From: Deltaproteobacteria bacterium
Lineage (GTDB): Bacteria; Myxococcota_A; UBA796; SXON01
Reading direction: 5' to 3'
Length of the DNA: 64,000 nucleotides
Assembly (NCBI GenBank): GCA_947490345.1
Contig: CANLGL010000002.1
Coordinates: forward strand, 64,598 to 128,597
The position numbers and the translations under genes are program-made. Positions 1 to 9,314 of this stretch are shown here, piece after piece. Numbering within the stretch: position 1 is the first letter of the stretch; each line of letters starts with the position of its first letter. The notes under the pieces are model-generated. The model saw only the letters and a program-made list of their open reading frames with translations. It was not told the DNA's origin and made no database searches.

Positions 1-1417
1 CCAGGCCATCCGCGGTGCCACCGCCACCGAGACCAGAACCGCGACCGCCGAGGCCGCCGGAGCCCATCTGGGTGCCCTTGGCACCGATCAGGCCGCCGAT
101 GCCGCTCTGCATGTCGGCGTTCATGCCCGTGGCGCCCAGCGCGGCGTCGAGCGTGTCGTCGCGGAGCGCACCGAGAACACCTGCGTTCTCCGCGATCTCC
201 TTGTCGAGTTGCTGCTTGTCCATCTGGACCTTTTCGCCCTTGGCTTTGTCCATCTTGGCGTCTTTCTTGCCGACCTTGCCCTCTTCCTTCTTGGCCTTGG
301 CCCCTTCGCCAGCTTCAGGGTTCTTGTCTTCCTTCTTCTTGTCCTCTTCCTTCTGCTTGTCGAGAAGCAGTTGGACCATGTGGTCATCGAGGCCCTGGTC
401 GGTGTGATCCGGCGGCGGGGTGACGAAGTAGAGGAAGGAGAAGGCCGCGGTCAAGAAGCCCATGAAGGCAACGATGCCGACGATGGGCCAATCGATTTGG
501 GACGCTGCCTTGGCCGCCAGTTTGCTGGTGTAGACCATGTGCGCGACGAAGATGGTGTTGCCGAGATCGACAACCAGCCGGGTGTCCTCACCGATTTCGA
601 CGAGGAACAGACCGTCACTCCCGCGCTTGGCGGCACCGTCCGCGAGCAGCTCGGCGAAGGTGCGCCGCGTCTCGCCGATGTCCACAAAGCCGGCCCACTT
701 GTCGCTGATGCGAGCCTGCCACTTGCCACCGGCGCCGGTGAAGAGCGAGAAGTTCGCGTTGGGGAGCATGTCGTTGGGCACGAAGAAGGCGGACTGCCAG
801 CTATCCCCGAAGAAGCTGGCGTTGACATTCGAGCCCAGGGTCACCGGGACGTTGCGGAAGTGGCGGACGTCGACGACGGAATCGCCAAACACCTGCGCCA
901 CTTCGAGGACGCGACCGCGCGACTTGTCAGCGGAGGCGTCGTTGGCCGCGGCGCTGGCGCGCATGACGAACGCCATGACATCTTCAACCGGGGCGTCCTC
1001 GTCCTCGGCAGGGTTGAACACGGACTCACCGGGGCTGGTGTGCGCGTCGTTGGTCTCTTCGCCTACCGCGGCAGACTCGGCGGCCTGGCCTGCGGCGGCG
1101 GCCTGCTCCGGAATCTGGAGCTGGATGCGAATCGAGCCGATGCTGATCGAGTCACCGCTCTTCAGCACGATCGAGCTGACGGCCTCGCCGTTGACCTGCG
1201 TGGTGTTGTCACCTGCGAGGTCGTGCAGTTCGACCCTGCCGTCCTCGTTCACATTGAGGACCGCTTGAAGGTCTTGGAGTCCGGGGTCCTCCACGCGGAG
1301 CATGGCGGCTGGGCCCTTGCCGATGGTCACGCTTTCGGCGCGCAGCTCCTCGCGCCGGAGGAGTTCGTCGCCGTTATAGATGTCGAAGCTGAGAGAAAGT
1401 GCGCTGCTGCCGGCCAT
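1..1417 (-). CDS. FHA-domain single-pass membrane protein, 3' end beyond the window (GltG/NfsG position)
   Basis: This gene is absent from the ORF track because there is no stop inside the window. My own translation from ATG 1417 (GAGG upstream) stays open to base 1. The N-terminus is FHA-like: MAGSSALSLSFDIYNGDELLRREELRAESVTIGKGPAAMLRVEDPGLQDLQAVLNVNEDGRVELHDLAGDNTTQVNGEAV..GDSISIGSIRIQL. A TM helix follows (WPIVGIVAFMGFLTAAFSFLYFV), then Lys/Glu-rich and Gly-rich low complexity. GC3 bias is strong. The + ORF 209..1444 is its antisense shadow. Confidence 0.75.
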   Translation of the reverse strand, partial: MAGSSALSLSFDIYNGDELLRREELRAESVTIGKGPAAMLRVEDPGLQDLQAVLNVNEDGRVELHDLAGDNTTQVNGEAVSSIVLKSGDSISIGSIRIQLQIPEQAAAAGQAAESAAVGEETNDAHTSPGESVFNPAEDEDAPVEDVMAFVMRASAAANDASADKSRGRVLEVAQVFGDSVVDVRHFRNVPVTLGSNVNASFFGDSWQSAFFVPNDMLPNANFSLFTGAGGKWQARISDKWAGFVDIGETRRTFAELLADGAAKRGSDGLFLVEIGEDTRLVVDLGNTIFVAHMVYTSKLAAKAASQIDWPIVGIVAFMGFLTAAFSFLYFVTPPPDHTDQGLDDHMVQLLLDKQKEEDKKKEDKNPEAGEGAKAKKEEGKVGKKDAKMDKAKGEKVQMDKQQLDKEIAENAGVLGALRDDTLDAALGATGMNADMQSGIGGLIGAKGTQMGSGGLGGRGSGLGGGGTADGL

Positions 1418-1474
1418 GATTCGTCCTCGGGTCCGGTCGGGTGAACGACGGATCCTGCGGGTTGGGTGTGGGGA

Positions 1475-1750
1475 CTACTTGACCTCGTCGACCGACTGTT
1501 CCATTTCCGCGTTGAAGTCGTTGCGGAGCTTGATCAGTGGGTTGAACTGGGCCTTCTTGCGATCGAGAACGAGAGCGCTGGACGGCTTGACCAGTTCACC
1601 GCTCACATCCAACCCTTCGAAGTCGATCTCGGTCTTCGTCTTGTAGGTGACCTTGCGATCTCCGTCGTCCCCGTCCTGGGCGAGTGCCGGGGCGGTGGTG
1701 GCAAGGACCGCGAGGCCCAAGAACAGCGAACGAGTGACGAGCTTCTTCAT
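1475..1750 (-). CDS. small secreted protein (GltF/NfsF position)
   Basis: Track ORF 1475..1825 trimmed to ATG 1750. This gives the signal peptide MKKLVTRSLFLGLAVLATTAPALA followed by QDGDD. The product is 91 aa and charged, with the tail FNPLIKLRNDFNAEMEQSVDEVK. The functional call rests on position only. Confidence 0.65.
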   Translation of the reverse strand: MKKLVTRSLFLGLAVLATTAPALAQDGDDGDRKVTYKTKTEIDFEGLDVSGELVKPSSALVLDRKKAQFNPLIKLRNDFNAEMEQSVDEVK

Positions 1751-1836
1751 GATCGACTCCGTGAGGCGGGATTGTTCCCGACGGCGGGCAGTTGGACAAT
1801 AGGGAAACGTAAGAGTTCCCGTCAAAGTTGAGTGTA

Positions 1837-3321
1837 CTAGCCCGGGGCGGGTGCCGGAGCCGGTGCTTCGGGTGCTGGGGCCGGGGCTTCGGGCGCAGGG
1901 GCCGGAGCCGCTGGCGCCTCAGGCGGCGGCACAACTGCCGAGCATGCGGTCGCAGCCTCGGTGAGCTGGGCGTAGGCGTCGTCGACGAACGTCATCATGT
2001 CGCCGACCATGGCAAGGTCCTTTTCGACGATGACGGGCTTGGCCTGCTCGATGACCATGGGCGCCAGTTCCATGACGTCGGGGCGGGTGGTCATGAGGCA
2101 CTGCTCGTGCTTCTTGATCAGCTCCTCCATTTCCTTGATCTTCTTGTCCATGCCCGAGAGCCGCTCGGAGTCGCGACGGTCGCGCTCTTCCTTCTCCTTG
2201 CGAAGGCGCTCGATCTCCTCTTTGCGCTTCTTCTCCGCCAACTCCAGGGCCTTCACCTCGTCCTTGAGCTTGAATATCTCGTGGCTCGGAGAGTAGGCGC
2301 CCGACATAGCCTGAATGTGGCTGTCCACGATCTGGGCGGCTTTTTCGAACTTCTTGGTGTAGTGCATGTGCAGCATCGCTGCGTTGATCGCCAACGTGCG
2401 GTGCTTGGGGTCGTTCTTCAAGAGCCCGTCGTAGATCTTTTCGGCCGCCTCGAACTCCTTGGTGCCGCGAAGGGAGATCGCGTAGCCCATCTGGATATCG
2501 ACGTTGGCCGGATGGTTCTTCGCAAGCGGCTCGAAGCAGAGCAGGGCCAGGGCGTAGTCGCCGGAGTTCAGCGCCACGTACCCCAGATTGAGATTGGCTT
2601 CGAAGTTGGTGGGGTCCACTTTGAGTGCGGTGCGGAACTGTGCGATTGCCGCGGGTTCGTTCTTCTGAGCGAGAAGCGTGACGCCCATGTTGTTGTAGAT
2701 GCCGGGATCCGCATCGTTGAGCGTCCGCGCCTTTTCGGCGGCGAGCGTGCTCATCGCGTAGTCGCCCTTGGCGTAGTAGGCTCGCGACAGATTTCGGTAG
2801 GCACCGACGTTCTTCGGTTCGCGCGCCAGGACTTCCTGAGCCTCGGCGATGGCCTCGTCATACAGCTTGGCCGCCGTGAGGGCGTCGACGAGGTTGTTGC
2901 GCGCCTCGTTGTCGTCCGGATGGGCGTCGGAGTAGGCCTTGTAGACCTGCGCCGCTTCTGCACCGCGGTCGACCGACTTCAGCACGCCGCCGAGGTTGTA
3001 GACCGCCGCCCGATAGTCGGGCTTGAGATCGACGGCCTTCCGGTAGCAGGATTCGGCCTTGCCGAGGTCACCGACGCGTTCCGCGGCGTAACCGCAGTTG
3101 AACCAGGCCTTGCCGTAGGTCGGGTCGGCCGCCGCTGCGGACTCGAACTTGGCGAGCGCTCCGGCATAGTCGACCTTGCCGCCGCCTTCGCCCAACAGTT
3201 TCAGGCCAGCGGCAAACTCGGTCTTCGGGTCGACCTGCACTTGTTCGGTGGGATCGCCCTTGAGGGGCTTCTTTTCGCCGCAGCCAACGAGGACCAGTGC
3301 GATGAGGAGAGTACGAAACAT
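1837..3321 (-). CDS. TPR lipoprotein (GltE/NfsE-like by size and position)
   Basis: 494 aa with the lipobox MFRTLLIALVLVGC. Repeated TPR-like units are present (AWFNCGYAAERVGDLGKAESCYRKAV, AYRNLSRAYYAKGDYAMS, ANLNLGYVALNSGDYALA). A Glu/Lys coiled-coil and an APAPAPEAP tail follow. Confidence 0.85.
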   Translation of the reverse strand: MFRTLLIALVLVGCGEKKPLKGDPTEQVQVDPKTEFAAGLKLLGEGGGKVDYAGALAKFESAAAADPTYGKAWFNCGYAAERVGDLGKAESCYRKAVDLKPDYRAAVYNLGGVLKSVDRGAEAAQVYKAYSDAHPDDNEARNNLVDALTAAKLYDEAIAEAQEVLAREPKNVGAYRNLSRAYYAKGDYAMSTLAAEKARTLNDADPGIYNNMGVTLLAQKNEPAAIAQFRTALKVDPTNFEANLNLGYVALNSGDYALALLCFEPLAKNHPANVDIQMGYAISLRGTKEFEAAEKIYDGLLKNDPKHRTLAINAAMLHMHYTKKFEKAAQIVDSHIQAMSGAYSPSHEIFKLKDEVKALELAEKKRKEEIERLRKEKEERDRRDSERLSGMDKKIKEMEELIKKHEQCLMTTRPDVMELAPMVIEQAKPVIVEKDLAMVGDMMTFVDDAYAQLTEAATACSAVVPPPEAPAAPAPAPEAPAPAPEAPAPAPAPG

Positions 3322-3324
3322 GGC

Positions 3325-6300
3325 TTAGGGCTCTTTTTCGTAGGAGGCAGTTGTTGCGGAGGGCGCCGCGAAACGCGGGCTCTGGATGGTCTCGAAAAGA
3401 CCAGGGTACTCATCCGGGGCCAGGACGCCCAGCCGTCGGGTCGCCTCGCCGGTGTCGTCGTTGTAGATCGACAGTTCGAACGCCTTTTCCAACGCGCGGC
3501 TGTAGTAGTCGGCCGCCTTCTGGCGCGCCGGGTACGCCTTGTCCTCGAGCGCCATCCGGTACAGTTCCTTCTGGTCCTCAGTGAGGTACTCAGGAATGTA
3601 GGACTTCAGGAGGGTCTCGCCGACGTCCTCCGACGCGTGGCCGAGGCGCACGAGGCTGGCAACGCCCCATTCGCCGGCACCGGTCTTGACGATGTTGAGG
3701 TAAGTCGTGTCCAAAAGCGGCACGGCCTTCACCTTGCCCACCAACTGCTCGCGTACGATTTTGTCCACCTGCTTCTGGGGCAGCTTCTTGTCGCCCGGGC
3801 CGCTGATCTTGAGCGCCATGAAGGCCTTGAACTCGGGCTCAGCGAGGGCGAACATCATCTGGGCGACGGCCTCGGTCGCGACATCGCCCGTGGCGCCGAG
3901 CTTCTTCTGGGCATCGTAGAACGCTACGCCGTCACGCCAGTGCTGGGTGACCTTGGCGGCCATGCCTACCTTATCCATCATCAAGCCGTACCGGAGCCGG
4001 GCAAACATCATTTCGTCGAAGGTGTAGACCACCGGCGGCGGCGCGTTCTTGGCCGGCTTTCCCGACGGGAGCGTGTACACGCCCAGGTAGATCTTGCTGG
4101 CGTCCGCCCACTTTTCATGGGCCTCGTAGGTCTTGGCGAGCTCAAGCTGGACACCGTTGAGGTTCGGCTCCGTCTTGTACGTCGTCATGTACTTCTGGTA
4201 GTTTCCGATTGCCGTTTCCCACTGGCCCATGGAGTTGCGGAAGATCGCTGCCGAGAAGATTGCGTCCTTCGACCCGGGGTGCGCGGTGTCGAGGCTGAAC
4301 AACTTTTCGTACCAGGACGCCGCGTTGCCGAAGTCGGCGACGGATTCGTAGTCGAAGCCGAGGGCGGCGACCTGGTCCTTGTAGTACTTGGACTTGGGGA
4401 ATTTCTCGACCAGCTCGTGACGCACCTTCATCGAATCGCGGGTGCGGCCGGTCTCGCGGTAGTAGACGCTCGCGTTGTTCAGGGCCAAGTCGGCGTTTGT
4501 GGACTTCGGGAACTCCTTGTAGAAGGCCCAGTAGTCCGCGGCACCCTTGGTCTTGTCCTGGGTCTTCTTGAAGCCTTCTTCGATGAGCTTCAACGACGCA
4601 TTCTCATAGACCGTGAACACTTCGCCCTTGAACGCATCCGAGCCGAGACCGCTCTGGTCGTAGAAGGCCTTGGACACTTCCTTGAGGTTGGTCCAGTCGG
4701 AGACGAGGGTAAAGCTGTCGAGGATCAGCTCGGCCGCCTGCTCGGCTTCGCGGGACTTGGGGTCCATGCCGATAACGACGCGGAAGCGGTCGGACGCCTC
4801 TTTGAACTGGTTCTTGTTGTACAGGAGGTACGCCGATTTGTAGATCATCGACCGCACCTTGGTGCCGTCGTCTGGGTACAGTTTGGTGTACTGATCAAGT
4901 GCCGTGAGGAGCTTCTTTTCCCACGCGCTCAGGTCGATCGCGTCCTTGCTCGCGCCCGGGTCGGGCCCAGCGCCGCTGGCCCTCGTCTCTTTCCTGACGA
5001 ACTCATCGGCGGCGAAGATGGCGGACTCGGCGCAGAACTTGCTGTGCTGGCCTTTGGGGTCCATCGCGACGACCTTCATGTACTGGTCGTAGGCGATGTC
5101 GAACTTCTTCAGCTTGTACAACAGCTCGCCGTAGGCGTAGCGCATGTCGTAGCTGTACTTGGAGTCCGGGAACTCATCGAGGTAGGTGGCGTAGGCGCCT
5201 TCTGCCAGTCCACGGACACGCTTCTGCCCTTCGCCAGTGAGCTTGTTGCCCTCGATCTGGTAGTTGGTGGCGACGGTGCGGAGGTTCTTCTCGATGAACT
5301 CACCGGCGCTCTTCACGGCCTCGGTGTTGCTGGCGTTCGCCCGCGCCCACGAGCTGCTCTTCCCGTATTGGGTGCGAAGACGGTCGATCTCCTGGATCGT
5401 GTCCTCCTTCTTGCCCATCTTGGTGAGGCACTGGATGATCTCGTTCTGATAGTCCGGCGCCTGCGCGGCGTCCGGCTTCTCCGTGATCAACCGGCGATAG
5501 GTCTGGATTGCCTGTTCGAATTTTCCCTGTTCGAAGTAGGTACTGGCCAGGCGCTTGAGCATGTCGCGCACAAGCTCGGGCTTGCCGATCTTGCTGAAGT
5601 ACTCGTAGGCTTCGTCGAGGTCGCCCGCGTCGGCGAAGAACCGAACCAGGTCCTTGAGGGCTTCGTCCTGGAGTTGGATGTTGGCACGGCTGGACGAGCC
5701 GGAATTCGACATCTTTGTCGAGTAGTCGACGACGGTCTTCATCGTCTCAATCGACTTGCCGTACTCGCCGACGTTGTACCAGCACCACGCGAGCTTGTAG
5801 TTCGCGAAGGCGTACTTCTCGAAGTCGCGGAAGGACGCCGCGCGCTGATAGGCCATCAGCGCCTTCATCGCTTCGTTCTTGTCGAAGTAGTACTCGCCGA
5901 TCAACAGATACGCGTCGGGGATGAAGCGGCTGTCGGGGTAGGTCTTGACGAGCCGGGTGAGCTCGACGTTGCTTTCGTCGCGGCGTTTGTTCTCGCCGGT
6001 GGCGTTGGCGACTTCGTTGAGCGCCTGGCCCAGGTAGAAGGTCGCCTCATCGGCCCGAACGAACTGGGGGTAGTTGGCGAGGATCTGTCGGTAGAGCTTG
6101 ATGCTCTTCTCCTGCCACCCGGCGGACGGGGCGTGATCCTGGGGAACCTTGTCGGGCTCGCACTTCGGCGTGTTGAAGCACTTGTCGAACTCGGCCTGGT
6201 AGACCTCCATCTCGCCCTGGTAGAGGAAGCGGCCTTCCTCGAAGTACAGATCGGCGAGGCGGAGGAGCATTTCCGCCTTGGTGTCCCCTTCCACCGGGGA

Positions 6301-6540
6301 GTCCTTCAGGAGCTGCTTGAGGCGTTCAATCGACTCTTTGCGAGCGTCGTGCGCGGCCTCTTCGAGCTCGCGCTGCTTGGCATCGCGACTGGCGGTGTCG
6401 GTCGCCTTGAGGACGCGGCGCTCACTCTTTTGGGTGCGGTCCTGCGCCCACGCTTGCGCGGGTACCAGCGCGGCTCCGGCGACAGGAGCCGCCATGCACA
6501 ACAGGACGAGGGCGGAACGAAAGGAAGGGATGCGGAACAT
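3325..6540 (-). CDS. large periplasmic TPR/helical-repeat protein (GltD/NfsD-like by size and position)
   Basis: 1071 aa with a signal peptide ending PAQAWA. TPR-like repeats run throughout. The gap to the downstream gene is 3 nt. The 1602-aa + ORF on the opposite strand is its antisense artefact. Confidence 0.9.
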   Translation of the reverse strand: MFRIPSFRSALVLLCMAAPVAGAALVPAQAWAQDRTQKSERRVLKATDTASRDAKQRELEEAAHDARKESIERLKQLLKDSPVEGDTKAEMLLRLADLYFEEGRFLYQGEMEVYQAEFDKCFNTPKCEPDKVPQDHAPSAGWQEKSIKLYRQILANYPQFVRADEATFYLGQALNEVANATGENKRRDESNVELTRLVKTYPDSRFIPDAYLLIGEYYFDKNEAMKALMAYQRAASFRDFEKYAFANYKLAWCWYNVGEYGKSIETMKTVVDYSTKMSNSGSSSRANIQLQDEALKDLVRFFADAGDLDEAYEYFSKIGKPELVRDMLKRLASTYFEQGKFEQAIQTYRRLITEKPDAAQAPDYQNEIIQCLTKMGKKEDTIQEIDRLRTQYGKSSSWARANASNTEAVKSAGEFIEKNLRTVATNYQIEGNKLTGEGQKRVRGLAEGAYATYLDEFPDSKYSYDMRYAYGELLYKLKKFDIAYDQYMKVVAMDPKGQHSKFCAESAIFAADEFVRKETRASGAGPDPGASKDAIDLSAWEKKLLTALDQYTKLYPDDGTKVRSMIYKSAYLLYNKNQFKEASDRFRVVIGMDPKSREAEQAAELILDSFTLVSDWTNLKEVSKAFYDQSGLGSDAFKGEVFTVYENASLKLIEEGFKKTQDKTKGAADYWAFYKEFPKSTNADLALNNASVYYRETGRTRDSMKVRHELVEKFPKSKYYKDQVAALGFDYESVADFGNAASWYEKLFSLDTAHPGSKDAIFSAAIFRNSMGQWETAIGNYQKYMTTYKTEPNLNGVQLELAKTYEAHEKWADASKIYLGVYTLPSGKPAKNAPPPVVYTFDEMMFARLRYGLMMDKVGMAAKVTQHWRDGVAFYDAQKKLGATGDVATEAVAQMMFALAEPEFKAFMALKISGPGDKKLPQKQVDKIVREQLVGKVKAVPLLDTTYLNIVKTGAGEWGVASLVRLGHASEDVGETLLKSYIPEYLTEDQKELYRMALEDKAYPARQKAADYYSRALEKAFELSIYNDDTGEATRRLGVLAPDEYPGLFETIQSPRFAAPSATTASYEKEP

Positions 6541-6608
6541 GATCGACGTCTCCGGAACGCGTCGGCGTCAGACAGGCGAGGAGGCGAAATGGGTCAGGAA
6601 AGCGGAGG

Positions 6609-8441
6609 CTACCGGCACTTGGACTGCTCGGTGTAGTGATACCACCCCAGCTCGTCCTTCCAGAACTCACCATTGAACGGCCAGTAAATGAACTTCGGCG
6701 AGGTCGCGAAGTCGGTGTCCTGGCCCTTGGACGTGTCTTGGAGGTCGATGCTCTGGATGCGGTACATCGCGTCGCCGCGTCGCGCGTCGACGACTTCGAA
6801 CTGAATGATGTCGGCCTGCCCGATGAGGTCGCCCAGCTGCTTCGCGAGGCCGACCATATTCTTGAGCAGGGCGCGACCGGCGCGCTTCTTCAGGGTCTCG
6901 CGGGCGTCCGCGATGACTTTCATCATCTGCTCACCGACGGCGCCCTTCCACTGCGACTTCTGCGACTGAATGATCTGCTCTTCGGTGTCGAGGAGCTCCA
7001 AGTGACGAACCAGACCCGAGAGCTCCTGGTCGCGGAGGAGCCGCGTGAACATCGGCTTCGGCAGGACCGTCTCGCCCTTGCCCTCGAAGTACCGCTCGTA
7101 GGCCTGGTCGGCCAGGGCGCGACCTTCTTCCGACGAATAGGTCTTGAGGGTGTCTTTGAGCTCGGTGTGGACGGGCATGTAGCGAGACTTGAAGTCGCCG
7201 AGCGTGCGGTCCACGTCGTCGTACTGGCACATGTTGAAGTAGGTGAGCGCCCGCAGGACGGTGGCCTCGGGCAGGTACTCGGAGTCCGAGTAGTACGGGC
7301 TTTCCACCGTCAGGATCTCGCCGAGGGTGTAGTTGAGGTCGCTGAGCAGGAACGCCGCCCACGCCATCTCGAACTGCGCCTGCGGCCAGTACACGCTGTC
7401 CCGGGGCACCTGGAGGTACATTTCCTTGGCCTGGGCGTGCTCGCCGATGCCATAGTAGATGCGGGCGATATTCAGCACCGAGAGCTCACGAAGGCGGCCG
7501 AGCGCCTCGATCTCCTGCAGGGTCGGCGCTTCGGGCTTGGCCTTGGCCACCTCGCCGAAGGACCGCACCGCGGACTTCAGCTTCAACGTCTTGTTGTCGA
7601 TGACGCCTAGCAGGTAGGTTGCGCGCAGGTACACGTCAGACTTTTCTCCGACCTGCTGCAGCATCTTCTTGGCGTCAGAGAGCTTGTCGGCGTCGTAGAG
7701 TTGGACCCCCTTGAGGTAGTACAACTGGCTCTTCGCGCCCTTGGGGTAGTCCTCGGGCTCAATCTTCGCCACGACCTTGTTCAGGTCGGTCGCATCACCG
7801 GTGAGATGGTAGATCTGGACGAGCTTCGGCAGCGCGTACTTGAAGAACGGACTCCCGGTGCCCCGCTTGAGCACCTCGATGAAGTAGTACTGCGCCGAGT
7901 GGTACATCTTGAGGTCGTACAGCGACATCCCCAGGTAGTAGAGGATCTTTTCCTCCTTGTCGGGGAAGGTGCCGTCCTTGAGCAAATCGTGTAGGGCCAG
8001 GGACGCCGACAGGGGCTTCTTGGCCTTGTACTGGCGGATCGCATCGTCGAGCTTCTGCGGGTCCTTGCCGTCTTCTTCGCTGTCTTTGTCGGTGAGCTCT
8101 TTGCGCTTGCCCTTGCCGGCGCCGACCTCTTCCTCTTCGTCAAAGCCCTTGCGCGCCGCTTCCTTCTTGGAGACAGGCCTTTCCTCTTCAGCCGGGGCGG
8201 CCTCTTCCTTCGGCGCCGAGTCGCGCGCGATCTGCTTCTTGACGGCCCCGATCACGGCATCCGGGGCGCCTTCGTTGGTCAGGCAGCGCACGAAGTCGGC
8301 CGTGAACGACTCGCCCGATTCCTCGACGGTCTGGACGACGATCGCTTCCGGTACGTTGACGTTGACCATGTTCATGACCTCGTCGCACGTGAGCGCGTGC
8401 GCTGGGGTCGCGAGAGCGAAGAGGAGCAAGCTGGTCATCAC
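6609..8441 (-). CDS. TPR protein (GltC/NfsC-like by size and position)
   Basis: 610 aa with the signal peptide MMTSLLLFALATPAHA. An acidic/Lys-rich linker is followed by TPR-like repeats and the C-terminal motif FIYWPFNGEFWKDELGWYHY. The start overlaps the upstream stop by 4 nt. Confidence 0.85.
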   Translation of the reverse strand: MMTSLLLFALATPAHALTCDEVMNMVNVNVPEAIVVQTVEESGESFTADFVRCLTNEGAPDAVIGAVKKQIARDSAPKEEAAPAEEERPVSKKEAARKGFDEEEEVGAGKGKRKELTDKDSEEDGKDPQKLDDAIRQYKAKKPLSASLALHDLLKDGTFPDKEEKILYYLGMSLYDLKMYHSAQYYFIEVLKRGTGSPFFKYALPKLVQIYHLTGDATDLNKVVAKIEPEDYPKGAKSQLYYLKGVQLYDADKLSDAKKMLQQVGEKSDVYLRATYLLGVIDNKTLKLKSAVRSFGEVAKAKPEAPTLQEIEALGRLRELSVLNIARIYYGIGEHAQAKEMYLQVPRDSVYWPQAQFEMAWAAFLLSDLNYTLGEILTVESPYYSDSEYLPEATVLRALTYFNMCQYDDVDRTLGDFKSRYMPVHTELKDTLKTYSSEEGRALADQAYERYFEGKGETVLPKPMFTRLLRDQELSGLVRHLELLDTEEQIIQSQKSQWKGAVGEQMMKVIADARETLKKRAGRALLKNMVGLAKQLGDLIGQADIIQFEVVDARRGDAMYRIQSIDLQDTSKGQDTDFATSPKFIYWPFNGEFWKDELGWYHYTEQSKCR

Positions 8442-9298
8442 TTCATCCCTGGGAAGAAGAAGGAAACGTTCGCCTGGACGATCAGGTTGTTCTTCATCTC
8501 GAGCGTCGTGGACTTGACGACCTCGATGTAGGTCATGGACTTGACCTCGAAGCGCACGCCTACCGATTCACTGAAGGCCACGCGGGCGCCGCCGCCCATG
8601 ATGGTGGTCGGATGGACCTGGTACTGGGTGCGATGCGCGGGGCCGTCCGGTGGCTCGTCATCGGCCTGCAGCGCGATCAAGTCGTCTTCGGTGGCGGTGA
8701 TGCCAAGGCCGACGGTGCCGTAGATGTCGAAGGCGATGATGTCACGGCCAGAAGCGACCTTCCCGTAGATCGGCGCGAACTGCAGGCCGACGTTTCCGTG
8801 CGCCGTGAGCCGCGAAATGTCCGGGGACACCGAGTTCTTGGTAAGTAGCTGGCAAGACAGGGGCTTCCAGTCCGGGTCGTCGCAACCGCCCTGGCCCAGG
8901 ATCGGGGCGTACGCGCCCTGGAGCTCGATCGCGAAGATCTCCGTGGCGTGGTAGTCGAAGACCGCGCCGAGAATGTACCGATTCAGGAAGGGGTCGTTCG
9001 CGACAAAACCCACGGAAGGTCCGATCTCATAGCGATGGAGCTTTACGAAGGTCTTGGGTTGAATCGTCTTGATGACCTTGCGGCGGCGTTTGGGTTCCGG
9101 CTTTTTTTCGGTCGTCTTGCCGGACTTCACCGCATCCTTCTGCGCCTTCACGGAGTCTTCGTCTTCGTCATCTTCGTCCTGGGCCACAGCGAGGACGTCG
9201 AACCCGGCCAGGGGGTCCGGAGCGTCCTCGGCGAGAGCCGGGGCGGCGAGCGCGAGGGCGGGGGCGGCCAGTGCGAGGAAGATAGCAATGCTCAGCAT
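8438..9298 (-). CDS. outer-membrane beta-barrel protein (GltB/NfsB-like)
   Basis: 286 aa with the signal peptide MLSIAIFLALAAPALALAAPALA. An acidic low-complexity linker is followed by an amphipathic beta-strand pattern ending NVSFFFPGMK. It is paralogous to the next gene. Confidence 0.8.
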   Translation of the reverse strand: MLSIAIFLALAAPALALAAPALAEDAPDPLAGFDVLAVAQDEDDEDEDSVKAQKDAVKSGKTTEKKPEPKRRRKVIKTIQPKTFVKLHRYEIGPSVGFVANDPFLNRYILGAVFDYHATEIFAIELQGAYAPILGQGGCDDPDWKPLSCQLLTKNSVSPDISRLTAHGNVGLQFAPIYGKVASGRDIIAFDIYGTVGLGITATEDDLIALQADDEPPDGPAHRTQYQVHPTTIMGGGARVAFSESVGVRFEVKSMTYIEVVKSTTLEMKNNLIVQANVSFFFPGMK

Positions 9299-9314
9299 CG
9301 GGGATCCTTGCCGC

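Noticed and set aside
209-1444. A 411-aa plus-strand ORF at the left edge.
   Set aside because: It is the antisense shadow of the FHA/TM gene, which is missing from the track only because its stop lies outside the window. The minus-strand translation is clearly protein-like, with FHA and TM features.
1828-6636. A 1602-aa plus-strand ORF, the longest in the track.
   Set aside because: It lies exactly antisense to two well-supported TPR genes (1837..3321 and 3325..6540). Its composition is the Val/Leu/Gly/Arg/His/Asp mix typical of the reverse frame of GC-rich genes. It has no motifs.
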